The notes: generated from the sequence alone by a model not told the origin. 62,943 nt of DNA, filler included, from Cirrosporium novae-zelandiae (GCA_026023565.1; 5 parts of 5 records of this genome joined end to end with filler, not necessarily neighbours in it); one strand, 5' to 3'; positions 40,221-52,360 are shown, counted from the whole stretch's first letter. Translations and numbers: made by a program.

Positions 40221-41245
40221 TACCGTGAATGTTCTTCGAGGGCTCATCTGGTCTGGAATGTCGTATCTTCTCTGGATGATTTTAACCTTATCAGATTTTT
40301 CGGAATATTCCGTGCCAAGACTGAATAGTACAGACAGTATAATTTTCATAAAGTAATATAAAAAAGCCTATCTTATTTCGCCATCATTTTTTTATTAAAG
40401 GTGGTCAGTAGTTTCTATTTTAGGATATTATTTAATGGAGGCATCACAATTAAGACCCTACATATAACTGGGCCGAAGGGTCGAAGGGATTGGATATATT
40501 TCCTACCCAGCAAAGCTTGGCAGCATGGGTCTCAGTGGCCAGAACCTACGTGTAATTTTCTGGCCAAATCATGGCTAATCTTTTCACGTTAATTGCTTAA
40601 TTTTTTTTTTATCGATCGTAATCCATCTGACAGGTAGTTTTCCAGACAGGATGGTACTTAATCTGGATATCCCAATGTGCCAATCAAGCTAAGCCAGGAT
40701 TTTCAAAGGTTAAGCCAAGCTTCGGCTTCGGCTTGGCTTGATCGAAACACTGCAACATCCAAGCTTGCAATAATGTGTTAAACAATGGGCCTGAAGAAAA
40801 CAACTAAAAAGTATTGGATATTCAAATTTCTATATTTTTTTTGCGAGACAATATTGAAAGCCATCTCTAGCTTATCTAAATTCAACATTGATGTCTGACC
40901 GCTGATCTGATTGCTACCCGCTTCCATTGGTAGAACAACTTATTCTAGCATGATGTTGTACAACAGTTAGAAATCAAGCCAATGAAGAAATCGTTCTACA
41001 TTCGAATGCCGTGTTTGGCTTTTCAATTATCTGGGCCGAATGCAATTAACCATTTTCTCATTGAATACCAAATGAAAGAGCTAGTCGGCCTCTACTTGCA
41101 CATGAAAACACTAATATAAATTTTGATCTCCATCATTTGCCTCTTCTTTTAGTTTTATTCCATAATCCTTTCCCTTTCTCATCATTTTTAACTAATATTT
41201 TAGAATCCAAGCACACTCTAGTTGTTCACTGTTTCTTTTACAAAC

Positions 41246-43544
41246 ATGGCGTCTGGATCTGTTTTAGAAAGCTGGATACGAGAACAGTATTATGTAATTG
41301 GAGTTAATCGGAATGGGGGATTCTGTGGGAAAAGGGTATTTAAAAATATGCTCATCAATCTTCGCCCAAAGCAGAAATCCGAGATTCGTCAAGTTGTTAA
41401 CAAGTAAGCATTACCTTCGAACAATATATGGCAGCGATTCCCTCACATTCTTCGTGGTAGGATAATAAAGCAAGGCATACTCAGACAGGAAGCCTTTGGA
41501 TCTTCGTCGTCCCAAATCCGGACAATTTCTTCATCAATATCCCAGATAAAGCCAGTTGTGCGATCGCTTCCTGAAGAGCAAACTCAATTGAAGTTCAAAA
41601 CAGTTCCATATCAAATGTTCACTGCTAACAATCAAGTCAGTTCAGGCTAGGGATTTGAGACAATGAATCCAAAGTCCCTTTCGTTTGTAGATTTGATTCC
41701 ATTCTATTCCTTTGCTACCTCGCTAATATGATAATCGAGCATTACAGATACCGAGCAAAGAAGTGCCTGTGGACACTCAGGACATCATTGGCTATTCTAT
41801 GCAAAACACTGAACCCCATACTCTCACGCCAGGGACCGGAAAGTCAATGGTGGATCAGAATGTGATCAAGCAAGCCATTTCAAATCCAAAAATCCAGGGT
41901 AGTACTTTTGCCGTTGATAATAAATCACGTGAGTTGACAAATTCCAGAGCTGAAAGCATACCTTAAAACAACCATAAGCCATGACGATGACTCATCCAGC
42001 AAAAACACGGATGATATTGTTGAATCGTCTATGATGGACCTTCAATCAATTTTATTATCGCACGAAGTGAACGGATATGGTGACGCTGATAATGTTGAGA
42101 AGAAACTCTCAGCTAGCGATATTGCAAACGGTGTCCTTTTTACTGCAGATCTGTTGGAGCACTGTGACCAGAGCCTGCTTCCGCAGTATGGGTTGCTAGG
42201 AAGCTTTGTATTATGTGACCATACGTACCCTACAGCGACCTCCGATCGAAGGCTTTACCTGAATTCCAATATTCCATTTTCTATATTCATATGTGGGGTC
42301 CAGGGTAGTGGGAAATCGCATACAACTTCATGTTTGATAGGTCAGCAAGGACTCATTTCACATTTCGGCATCGCTGAATAGTCTCACAGAAAACTGTCTC
42401 ATCCGCTCACCAACGTTAGGGGTGCTTCAGAAGCCCCTTTCAGCCTTAGTTTTTCATTTTGGTGAATATACCTCACACTCGAATTTTACTCCAAGCGAAG
42501 CCGCATTCCTAGCCATTCCAAACATGTCGATTCTCAATCATTCCCATGTCGCCGCAATCAGGGTTCTCGTATCCCCGTCAAATTATTTTCAACTAAACGC
42601 ACTCTACTCACAAATCCCTGGCGTGACAGTCCAGCCCTTCAAGCTTCACCCACAGGACCTGAATATCGGCACAATACTAACACTGATGTCGGTTGATCAG
42701 ACACAAGCAACGCCATTATACATGGGGCAAGTCACCAAAATCCTGCGTCGGATGGCTTCCGAGTCAGAGGGGACATTCAATTATTTCCTTTTTAAACGCC
42801 AGTTGGATGAGATTGGGTTTGATAGGAAGCAACGAGAATTTCTAGATCAACGATTAGACCTTTTAGAGTCTTTTCTCGACCTTAAGTACTCTACCACCAG
42901 TCCTATTTTTGCAGCTGGCGAGATCACTATTTTAGATTTATCCTGTCCTTTTGTGGATGCCAATACTGCGTGCATCTTGTTTCAAATCGGGCTGAGGATG
43001 TATCTGGAATCCAGTTCGACTTCTGGTAAAGTTGTCGTGGTGGACGAGGCACATAAAGTAAGCGTACCGATCGAATTTCTTCTACCGGCATATCTGTGGA
43101 ATACTGACTACTAATTTATAGTATATAACGGACACTCCTTCCTCCAAACAATTAACCGAATCTTTACTGGCGGTGATCCGACAACAGCGCCATTATGGCA
43201 CAAGAGTCATAATATCAACTCAAGAACCGACAATTAGTCCCCAACTTATTGGTCTGTGCTCGATTACTATCATCCATCGCTTCTCAAGTCCAGAATGGTT
43301 TAGCGCTCTCCGAAAGCATGTCTCGACTTTCCGGAAAGAAGACGAAAATAATAAACGAGCAGAAGAGCTGTTCAATAGAATTTTGAAACTTGGAACAGGC
43401 CAAGCACTTGTTTTTGCTCCAACGGCGATTGTGAGGAACACAAAAGCAAAAGATGAGTGGGTGAAGCTGAGTACTGAAACACTGGAACTCGAGATTCGGA
43501 AAAGAATGACTTGGGATGGTGGGAAATCAGTGGTATGTCTTTAA
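41246..43544 (+). CDS. P-loop ATPase of HerA/FtsK/VirB4-like type (multi-exon; N-terminal exons less certain)
   Basis: Walker A FICGVQGSGKSHT, Walker B KVVVVDEAHK, and IRQQRHYGTRVIISTQEPT. Introns near 42341-42389 and 43058-43121. Putative intron 41899-41947 joins the 41763 ORF in frame, which suggests a start at ATG 41246. Confidence 0.78.
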
Positions 43545-44176
43545 CTAAGAATACGATTATGCTGGCAATGTTTACGGGAACCGGTTGCGCTGATTGATGC
43601 CAAATATATTCACGAGCAATAAAGCAACTAAATTTAGAGATCGCTGCTTTCCATTTCCACCAGAATCTCGTAATAATAACCGATTGATATCCATCAACGA
43701 GTTGGGTTTAGAAAAGATGTAGACGGACAATGAAGGTAAGAAGAGAGATACTGGTTCGCAAAACGCGTTAAGAGTGGATTGAATTGAATAGATAAGACAG
43801 TGTTCCTTATATCAAAGATCCTGGATCAACGTAATTCTGCTTTGACAGCAATCCACTTCACACTCAATAGTAACAAGCTTCTTAAAAGTACCATATGTTA
43901 GCTGACCCCGCGATTGTAAATAGTTCTATAAAGGAGCGCTGGCGGTCAGACTGCAACACGCACGGGAGCTGTTGCTTGACGCCCATCCTAGGATGGATGT
44001 CGGACTAGAAGCTCAGCCGAGCCGACTATCTAGGAGGTGTGGTGCAATGTCATGAATTTGCTTATTGGTGTTAAGTTCCTTCTATTGAGATAGTCAATCA
44101 CGTGCCAATTTATGACTGGATAGTATAGATAGCATATTTTCATAGATTCAACTTTACACAAAATAACATTTATGTT

Positions 44177-45851
44177 ATGAAAAACGTGCTAATTTTAAAT
44201 AAAGAACGAGAGTCTCGATGTCAATCAGAACAACAAGCCCAGCAAGCAGAACAACGCGTTTTAGAGGAACAATCAAAGAGACAATCCACAACCTTCGAAG
44301 AATTTCTTGACATTTGTCATGCCGCTCTTTCTCGACCCCTCACGATCTAGACTAATATGTCTCTTACCACAAAAGGTTCTATCACGAACCCCAAAGGAAA
44401 ATACTGTCCCACTTATCTTCGTCATTGGGATGATTTCCCCCCAGACACGGCAACAGCTCTTTGATGACGTTCATCAACTGTTCCATCCTTCTTCCGAACC
44501 ACCACAACATCTTTTTTCACCAAAGCTGGCGCTGGAACATCTTGGCCAACAATTATGCCGACGACCTCTTGCAAACGAAGATGATCTACGAAGTTACGAA
44601 CGATTCGCAGTGGAAAAGAAGATCACCGACATAGTATCTGGCTCAACGAATATACCGTGCACATACCGCGCTTGGTCGAGGTCTGAATCTATGCTTGATA
44701 GGTCTCGATTCAAAAATACGCAATCAAACGTGGCGGTTTGAGGCGAAGCAACAGTTACATCGATAGGAAGATGATTTTGAACATATTCTTCGACAGATGC
44801 CAACTTCGGAAAGGAAGCAAACTCCACTTGGGTCCGTATATCGAGAACCATCCTTTCCTTTTATTATTCGATCGTTATATCGATTCCGGCGACGTTCAAA
44901 TTGCGCATCACCACGTATTGTTCCCAGGGACTCTTACAGTTCATCGGAGGAATCTAACGAGGATTTTGATCCAACTGATACTCCCAGTCGACAGGAAGGC
45001 GGTCAGAAAAGAAAACGGATCTTAAGTCCAGATTTGTTTTTGTCTCCCACGGAAAATCGAAGTCGACACCGATCTGAACATTCGCCTCGACAGTATTGCA
45101 CACAGAAATGTTTTCTCGGCCCAAAAAATCGAGCCAGGTTAGATGCAACTTGTCCCAATGTTAAGCTACATTGCCAAAAAAAATGCGACAACCGGCATAT
45201 GATCGATCAATCGGAACTGGTTAGGTTGACGAAAAAACAAGCTGGGAGCAGACTTGGATCATCACTGTGATCCTTTTGGGAAAGGCAGTGCACGAGGGGT
45301 GCTTTTCAAGATTATATTAATTTCACACGGCTATACATTTGTGGGTAAAGACACCCGGGAGCGATATTTATCTAATACATATCGTGAAGCTGGTGCATAT
45401 CAGCAGCTGGAAAAAAATTCAAGGATTGGCCGTCCCAGTTTGCTTGGGAAGCATTCATCTAGAGAGGTTCTTCCCTCTTGGTGCTGGAGTTGAAATTACG
45501 TACATATTGTTGCTATCCTGGGGAGGTGAAAGGGCAGACAAAACCTCAGGCCTATCACGATCGATTTTACACAAGGAGCTACATCGGTCGGTGGATGATA
45601 TATACCAACTGAGAGTGAACCATGACGATCTACATGAGCCGAATATTTTATGGAATCCGGAGCTTCATCGGGTGTTCTTGATTGATTTTTACGAACCTAC
45701 TTTACTGAACGAGGGTGGCCTCAGGCCACTGGTGGAGATTTTTCCTAATAAAAAAAGGAAACGGGAAAGAAGCCTATCGGATTATTTGAAACGGAAGAAA
45801 TTTATCCAACGTGAACTTGCTTCATACGATGTTCGAATGATTCGACTATAA
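44177..45851 (+). pseudogene. Spok (spore killer)-family homologue, decayed, with internal deletion
   Basis: Coiled-coil then TTFEEFLDICH...KGKYCPTYLRHWDDF, LANEDDLRSYERFAVE, HTALGRGLNLCL, Cys cluster RQYCTQKCFLG...LDATCPNVKLH, and kinase-like GVLFKI...GYTFVGK...QGLAVPVCLG...LLLSWGG...HDDLHEPNILWN...FLIDF. Stops at 44348 and 44764; frameshifts at homopolymer runs. Confidence 0.8.
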
Positions 45852-46490
45852 TCTTTTCCATATTCACGAAGCAATTTTTCTGAGTCGAATGCGGACTCTC
45901 CATTCCATGATGATCGGACGGAATAGCCAAGGCTATAAAGCACTACTGATGATTTGATATATGAACACTGCGGCACGATATACGGTTTCAGGAGAGCTAT
46001 GTTCTACTGACTAGCAGATTGATCAGTGCCTACAGTCCTTCTATCTATCCACCCAAGCGACCCCCTCTCTCTAAATGCATCGATCTGGCTGTGACAAATA
46101 TTTAGTTCATGATACATTGTGTCCTAATCACGCATTGCCAGCATTGCCATTCCCTGAATCGAGATCCTCTGCCAGGCTTAGATCCATGTATGGCCTGATG
46201 AGGTGATCTTTGCCGTTGGAGCGGCTTCAAGAATGGTCCTGTGTGAATTGGTGTGAAAACGCTATATGCATCAAGGGGTACTGGCGTACGAAAAATTCCC
46301 GGCGACAGCCATATCAATCCCCGGGCAATGAGGCCATGTCTCCACCTTGGCCCAGGGTCAGCCAAATATATAAAGGGACAACTTTTCCTTTCCAACTGAT
46401 TGTTGCTCTACTTTCCCTCCATTCGATTTCCGCTTTTTCTCCAATCCTATATATTCATACTTCATTCCAATTATTCAAACATCATCTATC

Positions 46491-47444
46491 ATGCAGTCTT
46501 CACGCCCTTCCACCTCCAGTTGGTGTCCTCTTGACATTCTGTGCATCGATCCTGAAGGAGATGCTAGTTGTGTCGGCATAGCCTGCTCCAAAAATCGAAA
46601 ATGCAAAGCTGTTGTTGCCAAAGCGACCCGAATCAAGGCTCAGAAGTTTCTTGATGAAATTGCTCAGCTTCCAGCCGACTCAGAAGAAGTCCGACAGAAG
46701 CTTATTGACCTTGCACACTATCTTCTTTGTAAACGCTTCCATCAGAACCAGGCGGATGAGATGATGGAAAAATGGTGGTCGAAAATTCACCAATCAACGG
46801 AACTGTCTCCACAGAATCTTACGCCTCCACCAAGTCCTCGAGTATCAGGACGACATAACACACCCTCGATTCAATCCAACCGTACCCGGCTAACATCGAG
46901 GAATACCAATGTGCAGTCAGCTACAACTACTTTTTCTACGCCTTCTCGGGGACCAGCTGCAGTCTCGACACCTCCACCCAGTCCTCGTCCGACTGTGGGC
47001 CGACGCAATTCCGGTCCGAGACAAAACAACCAACAGTCAGACGATGATGATGATAATGATAATGATGATGATGATAATGAATCAGTTTTATCACTCGCGC
47101 AAGAGCATCACGATTCCGTTTTGATTTCATCATCTGCCCCAAATAATGTCCGCTCTTCGCCTCATGAAACCAATGGAATTGATTTAACCGACTGCTGTAC
47201 GATTTGTCAGGAATCCTTGCAAGGACACTGGGGAGCTTATTATGTATGCAATCGGTGTTCTAAAGCACTTCATTCCGGATGTTATCAACGTCTGAGAGGA
47301 TCTCGTCGGGATATTCCTCCATGTCCGAGCTGGTAAGTTTTTTTTTTCCAGATTTTGTGAATGCAATAGTTACTAATTTTCGGTTGTAGTCGATCTAGAG
47401 AAGGGTTCGAATGCTATTCGCGACTTCGGAACAGAAGGTCTTGA
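46491..47444 (+). CDS. Protein with N-terminal Cys/His zinc-binding module and C-terminal RING-type finger
   Basis: N-terminal CVGIACSKNRKCK...LLCKRFHQ; C-terminal CTICQE...CNRCSKALHSGC...CPS(C), completed by intron 47333-47388. Confidence 0.72.
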
Positions 47445-47520
47445 TTGCTACGCCATGTTCTTGTCAAAATATTGATACAAAGTCAGGATTTCATAGTAGA
47501 CGATGACTTAGTATGTAAGA

Positions 47521-48335
47521 GGACTTCAGTGTTGGAACTATGGTCATCATTGGTTTTATTTGTTGGGTTGATGTCAGTTCTGGAGAATTAGGGCACTGTT
47601 TTTTATAATAAATGTTTTTCCTCTCTAGTTCACGTTTTATCTATGGGTTATATATCTCACCAAGTTATAATTTTTGATGTCTATAAGCAATACTATGACG
47701 TATATTTTATCTGTTCCATCATGCTCGAAGGCGCCAAATCAGACCGTCAAATGCTTTCGATTTCGCTTTTTATAATCTCAAGAGTTTGCAATAAACTAAT
47801 AAGTCGAATATTCTATTCCTAGCACACGCCATAAGGAATGAGATGGACATAAGGGCAGAAATTGACCCAAGTCAATTTTCTGACTTGGGGACTTGACTAA
47901 CCTGAGTCAATTCTCGGACATAGGTCAAGAGCCTGACTTACGGCCGAGAATTGACTCAAGTTAGTTAAGTCCCCAAGTCCATTTTCTGATTTGGGTCAAT
48001 TTCTGCCCTTATGTCCATCTCATTCCTTATGGCGTGTGCTAGGAATAGAATATTCGACTTATCAACTCATCACAAACGATTGGAATCATAGAAAGCGAAA
48101 TCGAGAGCACTTGGCGGTCTGGTCCAATGTGTTCGAGCATGATGGAACAGGCAAGATCTACATAGTAGTATTTTCTATCGACCTCAGAAATCATAGCCTA
48201 GTGAGATGTATGGCTAGTAGACAAGATGTCACGTAGAGGGAAAAGAGAGCTATTGCAAAAAGCCCTACTCTTCCAGAACTAACGCCAACTCAATAAACAA
48301 GACAAACGACAACCATAGCTCCAGTACTGAAGTTC
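47521..48335. repeat. Long DNA palindrome (~400-bp arms, almost no spacer)
   Basis: 47799-47870 is the exact reverse complement of 47991-48062 (72 bp). Centre lies between 47930 and 47931. Outer arms still align, with more mismatches, out to GGACTTCAGTG / TACTGAAGTTC. Confidence 0.92.
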
Positions 48336-48894
48336 GGCCTATTAAATGAGATAGGGATTCAGTATTCGCCAAGTACAAGGATAAGGATGCTAAAGACCTT
48401 GAAGTTTACCGTACAAAACTCACTAAGCAACCAAAATCCGCCACCTCTCTTATCCAACGCGTTATTTTATCAACTCCGAGTCACTGGGTATTGTTAGGAT
48501 CGCAACGCACATGGGGTTACAGAAGACCTTTGCTTTGGTGTAAGCAATTTATCAATATAATATTGAATAGAAGTTAGTTATCCTATAACCTGCCTAGAGC
48601 GTGGAAAAATTTTCACACACCGATTCACAATATCTTATTTTATCTTCACGTGATATCATCTAATCTTTTATCTAATCCAAGCAAATTAAAAATATATAAT
48701 CCTTATACAAAATAACAAATATTCTCATGGTAAGAATCATTGCCTCAAGGAATCACTTTACATTAATTACAACGCAGAATCCACAGTTTTTTTTCTTACG
48801 AGGCATAACAAGAGTATAGAAGGTGAACTAATGAAATTTCCCTACTAAATATCTCCCGCTCACATACGCCTTAGCAGCTGTCTACGGTGCAGCT

Positions 48895-49899
48895 ATGAGC
48901 CGAAACGTCCCCAACGATAATTTCACTAAAGAAGTCCACCGTCTCCGAGTCGAATATATGGAATTGCGGGAGAAAACCCATTTAGTTCCACCAGCTGGCC
49001 GATCCGTAATCGAACAAAGCATAGATATGATTGAAAACGTGATGTACCACACATATTGGTACGACGACGACGGCAGGCCTCAAGGTCAATGCATTCGACT
49101 GGCTGATCTTCCAGATACTCTCTCTGGTGATATCCTTCGTTTACGCCGGGACTTGCCATTATTGAATGGTGACTACGAGATTGTTGGCAACTATATCCGC
49201 CAGCTTGAAAATACACCAAAACGACCAGAGCCGTACGAAAACGATTCAGAAGATCTTACTACAATTCTTGCTTCGCTTCCCTCGATAAAAGTCGATCCGG
49301 ATAAACATTTCGTTAAGAAAGGGAAATATGAAAGCGAGATTCGGAACCTGCTTAAATGTCAAGGAGGGTCCTGTCCAGGAAAACCAATTTCGCCTTCCAT
49401 TATCCAACTTCTTGGAAAATCATCTGATGGTAAACTGGTATTTGAGAAATTCAAGTCTCGACATATTGTGGCACTTTTCCATTCTCTCGATATCTACAAA
49501 AGCTGGATCTTACAATTGATTGCCGGTCTTAAATGCCTCCATTTGCTTGGAATTGTTCATCGCGATTTGCGCCTTGACAACTTGCTCTTTTCTCCCGATG
49601 GCAGGCGCTTACTTATCTGTGATCTTGAGGGGCGGTGGGGAAATCGCTTAGCACCAGAGATTTCCCGTCAACCTGTCTTGAACGCTGGTTGGACGGAAAA
49701 GTCAGATATCTATGACCTCGGCCATGTGATAAAAGGTATAGTATATGGAAACGCCCCAATCACAAATCTGGTGGAATGGCCTGTTCCCCCTCCCCTTGAT
49801 GCTATCGTGAAAGCATGCGTTCGCGATTCCCCTCAGGAGCGCCCAAGCTTGGAAGAATTGGAGATTATGGTTGGCGGAATTAAAATGGCCGACTCTTAG
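48895..49899 (+). CDS. Atypical fungal protein kinase, single exon
   Basis: HFVKK...SEIRNLL, IVHRDLRLDNLLF, ICDLE in place of DFG, LAPE, KSDIYDLG and ERPSL; no recognisable Gly-rich loop. Confidence 0.8.
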   Translation: MSRNVPNDNFTKEVHRLRVEYMELREKTHLVPPAGRSVIEQSIDMIENVMYHTYWYDDDGRPQGQCIRLADLPDTLSGDILRLRRDLPLLNGDYEIVGNYIRQLENTPKRPEPYENDSEDLTTILASLPSIKVDPDKHFVKKGKYESEIRNLLKCQGGSCPGKPISPSIIQLLGKSSDGKLVFEKFKSRHIVALFHSLDIYKSWILQLIAGLKCLHLLGIVHRDLRLDNLLFSPDGRRLLICDLEGRWGNRLAPEISRQPVLNAGWTEKSDIYDLGHVIKGIVYGNAPITNLVEWPVPPPLDAIVKACVRDSPQERPSLEELEIMVGGIKMADS

Positions 49900-49923
49900 A
49901 ACGTCAAATGAACACTTTACATA

Positions 49924-50023
49924 NNNNNNNNNNNNNNNNNNNNNNNNNNNNNNNNNNNNNNNNNNNNTTAATTAATTAANNNNNNNNNNNNNNNNNNNNN
50001 NNNNNNNNNNNNNNNNNNNNNNN
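49924..50023. other. Assembly gap; flanks overlap by 127 bp
   Basis: 49797-49923 is repeated exactly at 50024-50150. Confidence 0.95.
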
Positions 50024-50298
50024 TGATGCTATCGTGAAAGCATGCGTTCGCGATTCCCCTCAGGAGCGCCCAAGCTTGGAAGAATTGGAGATTATGGTTG
50101 GCGGAATTAAAATGGCCGACTCTTAGAACGTCAAATGAACACTTTACATACCACAGCTAGGTCCATTTCTTTTGTACCTGTTTGGCATTCTCGGGTTAAG
50201 CTATTCAATTATCTAAGGAGAGTTACTAAATAACACCATCATCTACCAGCCGTGATCAGGGCAGCCACAACACCTTCTTAAAAGTCTCTTAATACTTA

Positions 50299-50949
50299 TT
50301 AGTTAAGATGAGATTTGGTGCCTGTTAAATATATCCCAGTTAGCATTATATTTTGAAATTCCTCGGTAGAAATTTAATACATACTTTTGTGCACGGCTCC
50401 TCCTCGAGTCGTCCGTGAGTCACATACAATCACACACGCCATAGTGACTGGATCTCCTTTCCCAAGATTCCACGCAGTCTCAATGTGATTGATTGTTTGA
50501 GTTCGGTTGGCTTCTAGAAATGGCCTTAAGATGTTTTTGCGTCCCTCGGTATATTCAATCTTTTTGCTTTCGCTTTTGTCGTCGATGTGGTATAACCCTA
50601 GGACACCAATGTGAGAAGTAAGGCGCTTAAATTCGTTGCTGAGTTCAGCTGGTGGCGCGGTTGTAGGCCTCGTAGTGAACTCATATACCTCCCCGGTCGG
50701 CAGCCAGCGTTCCGGATAGTAGTCTTTCAAGGATGACGCCTTTTCCGGCTGGGATATGTCTTCTTTAGCAAGCATCAGCTCGTCTTCGGCCAGAGTACAG
50801 TGTGCATGGATGAGGCAGAGGCCAAAGGCATTCCCGTACTGCGCAAGGAGATTTCCTACGGCAGCGAACACATTCTCACGATCGACGAACTGCTTCTCAG
50901 CGTCCCCCAGACAAGGCAGAGTATTGTACAAAATAGATACGGTCGCCAT
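50299..50949 (-). CDS. Hypothetical fungal protein with HxH motif (2 exons)
   Basis: MATVSILYNTLPCL...FGLCLIHAHCTL...YYPERWLPTG...IETAW...MACVIVC; intron GTATGT...CTAAC...CAG gives C-terminus HKSTKSHLN*. Confidence 0.7.
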
Positions 50950-52360
50950 GATCAACTTAGAACAGAGAACACAGAAACCTGTGATGGCTTCGCATAGGCC
51001 TATCCTTACAACCGGAAAACGAGACACAAAATTAAGGTTGATATAATTCAGAATGAGGTAGCTGATTGAAAATAAAGGATTTCAGACCACGAAAAGCAGA
51101 ACTTGATGTAATCACCCAATTCCTGTTTGACTTCCAAGGGCACAAGAGCGAACCCAGAGACTGATGCGACCCTTCCCCTCATGCTCAAATTCCTCAAATG
51201 CCGCAGATAATAACCGAGGAACAGAACTTACTTACCGGCTGTTTAGTTCTTGCGAGTACCAAATACAAAATGTGCAAGATCTGTTTGGTCTATATAAATG
51301 CGAATTATAAAGTGAGGGGGCGGATTTTCGGTGGCAAAGAGGGGCTTCGCGGGTTTTTTAATGAACCCGAGCTCCGAAGGTATTCGGTTTCTCTATGATG
51401 ATTCACCCGTTGCTTGTAACCCTAGACTCATTCATCAGTCCAAACCAGTTCATAAGCTGTGCTGTTGTGCGGTGTTTGGTGGTAGCAAGCCTATCCTACG
51501 CGACGTGGGCTTACTACTATCCATCTGCAGGTGCTTACTACTATTAAACTTTTTGATCCGAACTAGATGAATTCGGTACCGTCCGAAAATGCATCAATCG
51601 GGAGACCAAGGTTCCTAAGTCTGGGACAGTTCCCCCATCAAGTAGGTCCATTGTCGCGACCGTTGAAGTGGGTAGAATAGGTGGGTGAAAGTTTTGATAG
51701 TGTCGGCAAAGTCGACTGCCAACCCCCGACCGATAATTGACAAAAAAGTTCAGGACCAAAAACTCAGGCCGGAACTAATTATAAGGTTGCTTAAGATTAT
51801 AAGCCGTAAAACCAAGTTGGTTTGAACTATATGTATTCTTTTAGAATATCAGATTGGCACAGATCAATTATAAGTTCGTGTTTAAATATTACAAACGCTG
51901 CTGAGATAGGTATCCCAAGTGGAATAATGCTGATTAATTTTAGTTAGTTATGCCTACTGCGGGGCATCATAACGGTAGCTAGAAGCTTGGCTAGTAAGTT
52001 CTCAATGGCGAAAAAAATTTCGAATCCTAAGAGCATTAGTGACTGATAACAGTGTTCTTCTTCTCCCCTCACCGTGATCCTGGACCATCTTATAACTCTA
52101 TTAATCTTCTTAGATTTAGATTTAGTTCCTATCCTTTCTTCATTAGGTCTAGTTCCTATACCTCTAACAGTTCTTATCCAAGTGAGGTATCTTCTCTTCT
52201 TAGATTAGGTGTTCTTGGCGGCCTGTGATACTCAGGAGACTTCGAGGTCGAAAATATAAAAACTCCAAACAGAGCCACTCTGCTTTGCATTCTTGGCTAA
52301 CGTTCCTCAGAGCGAAATACATAAAAAAGAACGAGCTCACTTCCCCTGCACATTGGGATC

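Noticed and set aside
40686..40752. Possible transposon end (AAGCC repeats ending in ...GAAACACTG)
   Set aside because: No partner TIR, TSD or transposase found in the window.
41246..41407. LESWIRE resembling the TPP1/Est3 L.PWI start, tempting given the EST1-like gene
   Set aside because: Downstream exons show no OB-fold character; more simply a 5' exon of the ATPase gene.
49797..50150. Apparent duplication of the kinase 3' end
   Set aside because: Exact 127-bp copy on both sides of an N gap, typical of an unmerged contig overlap.
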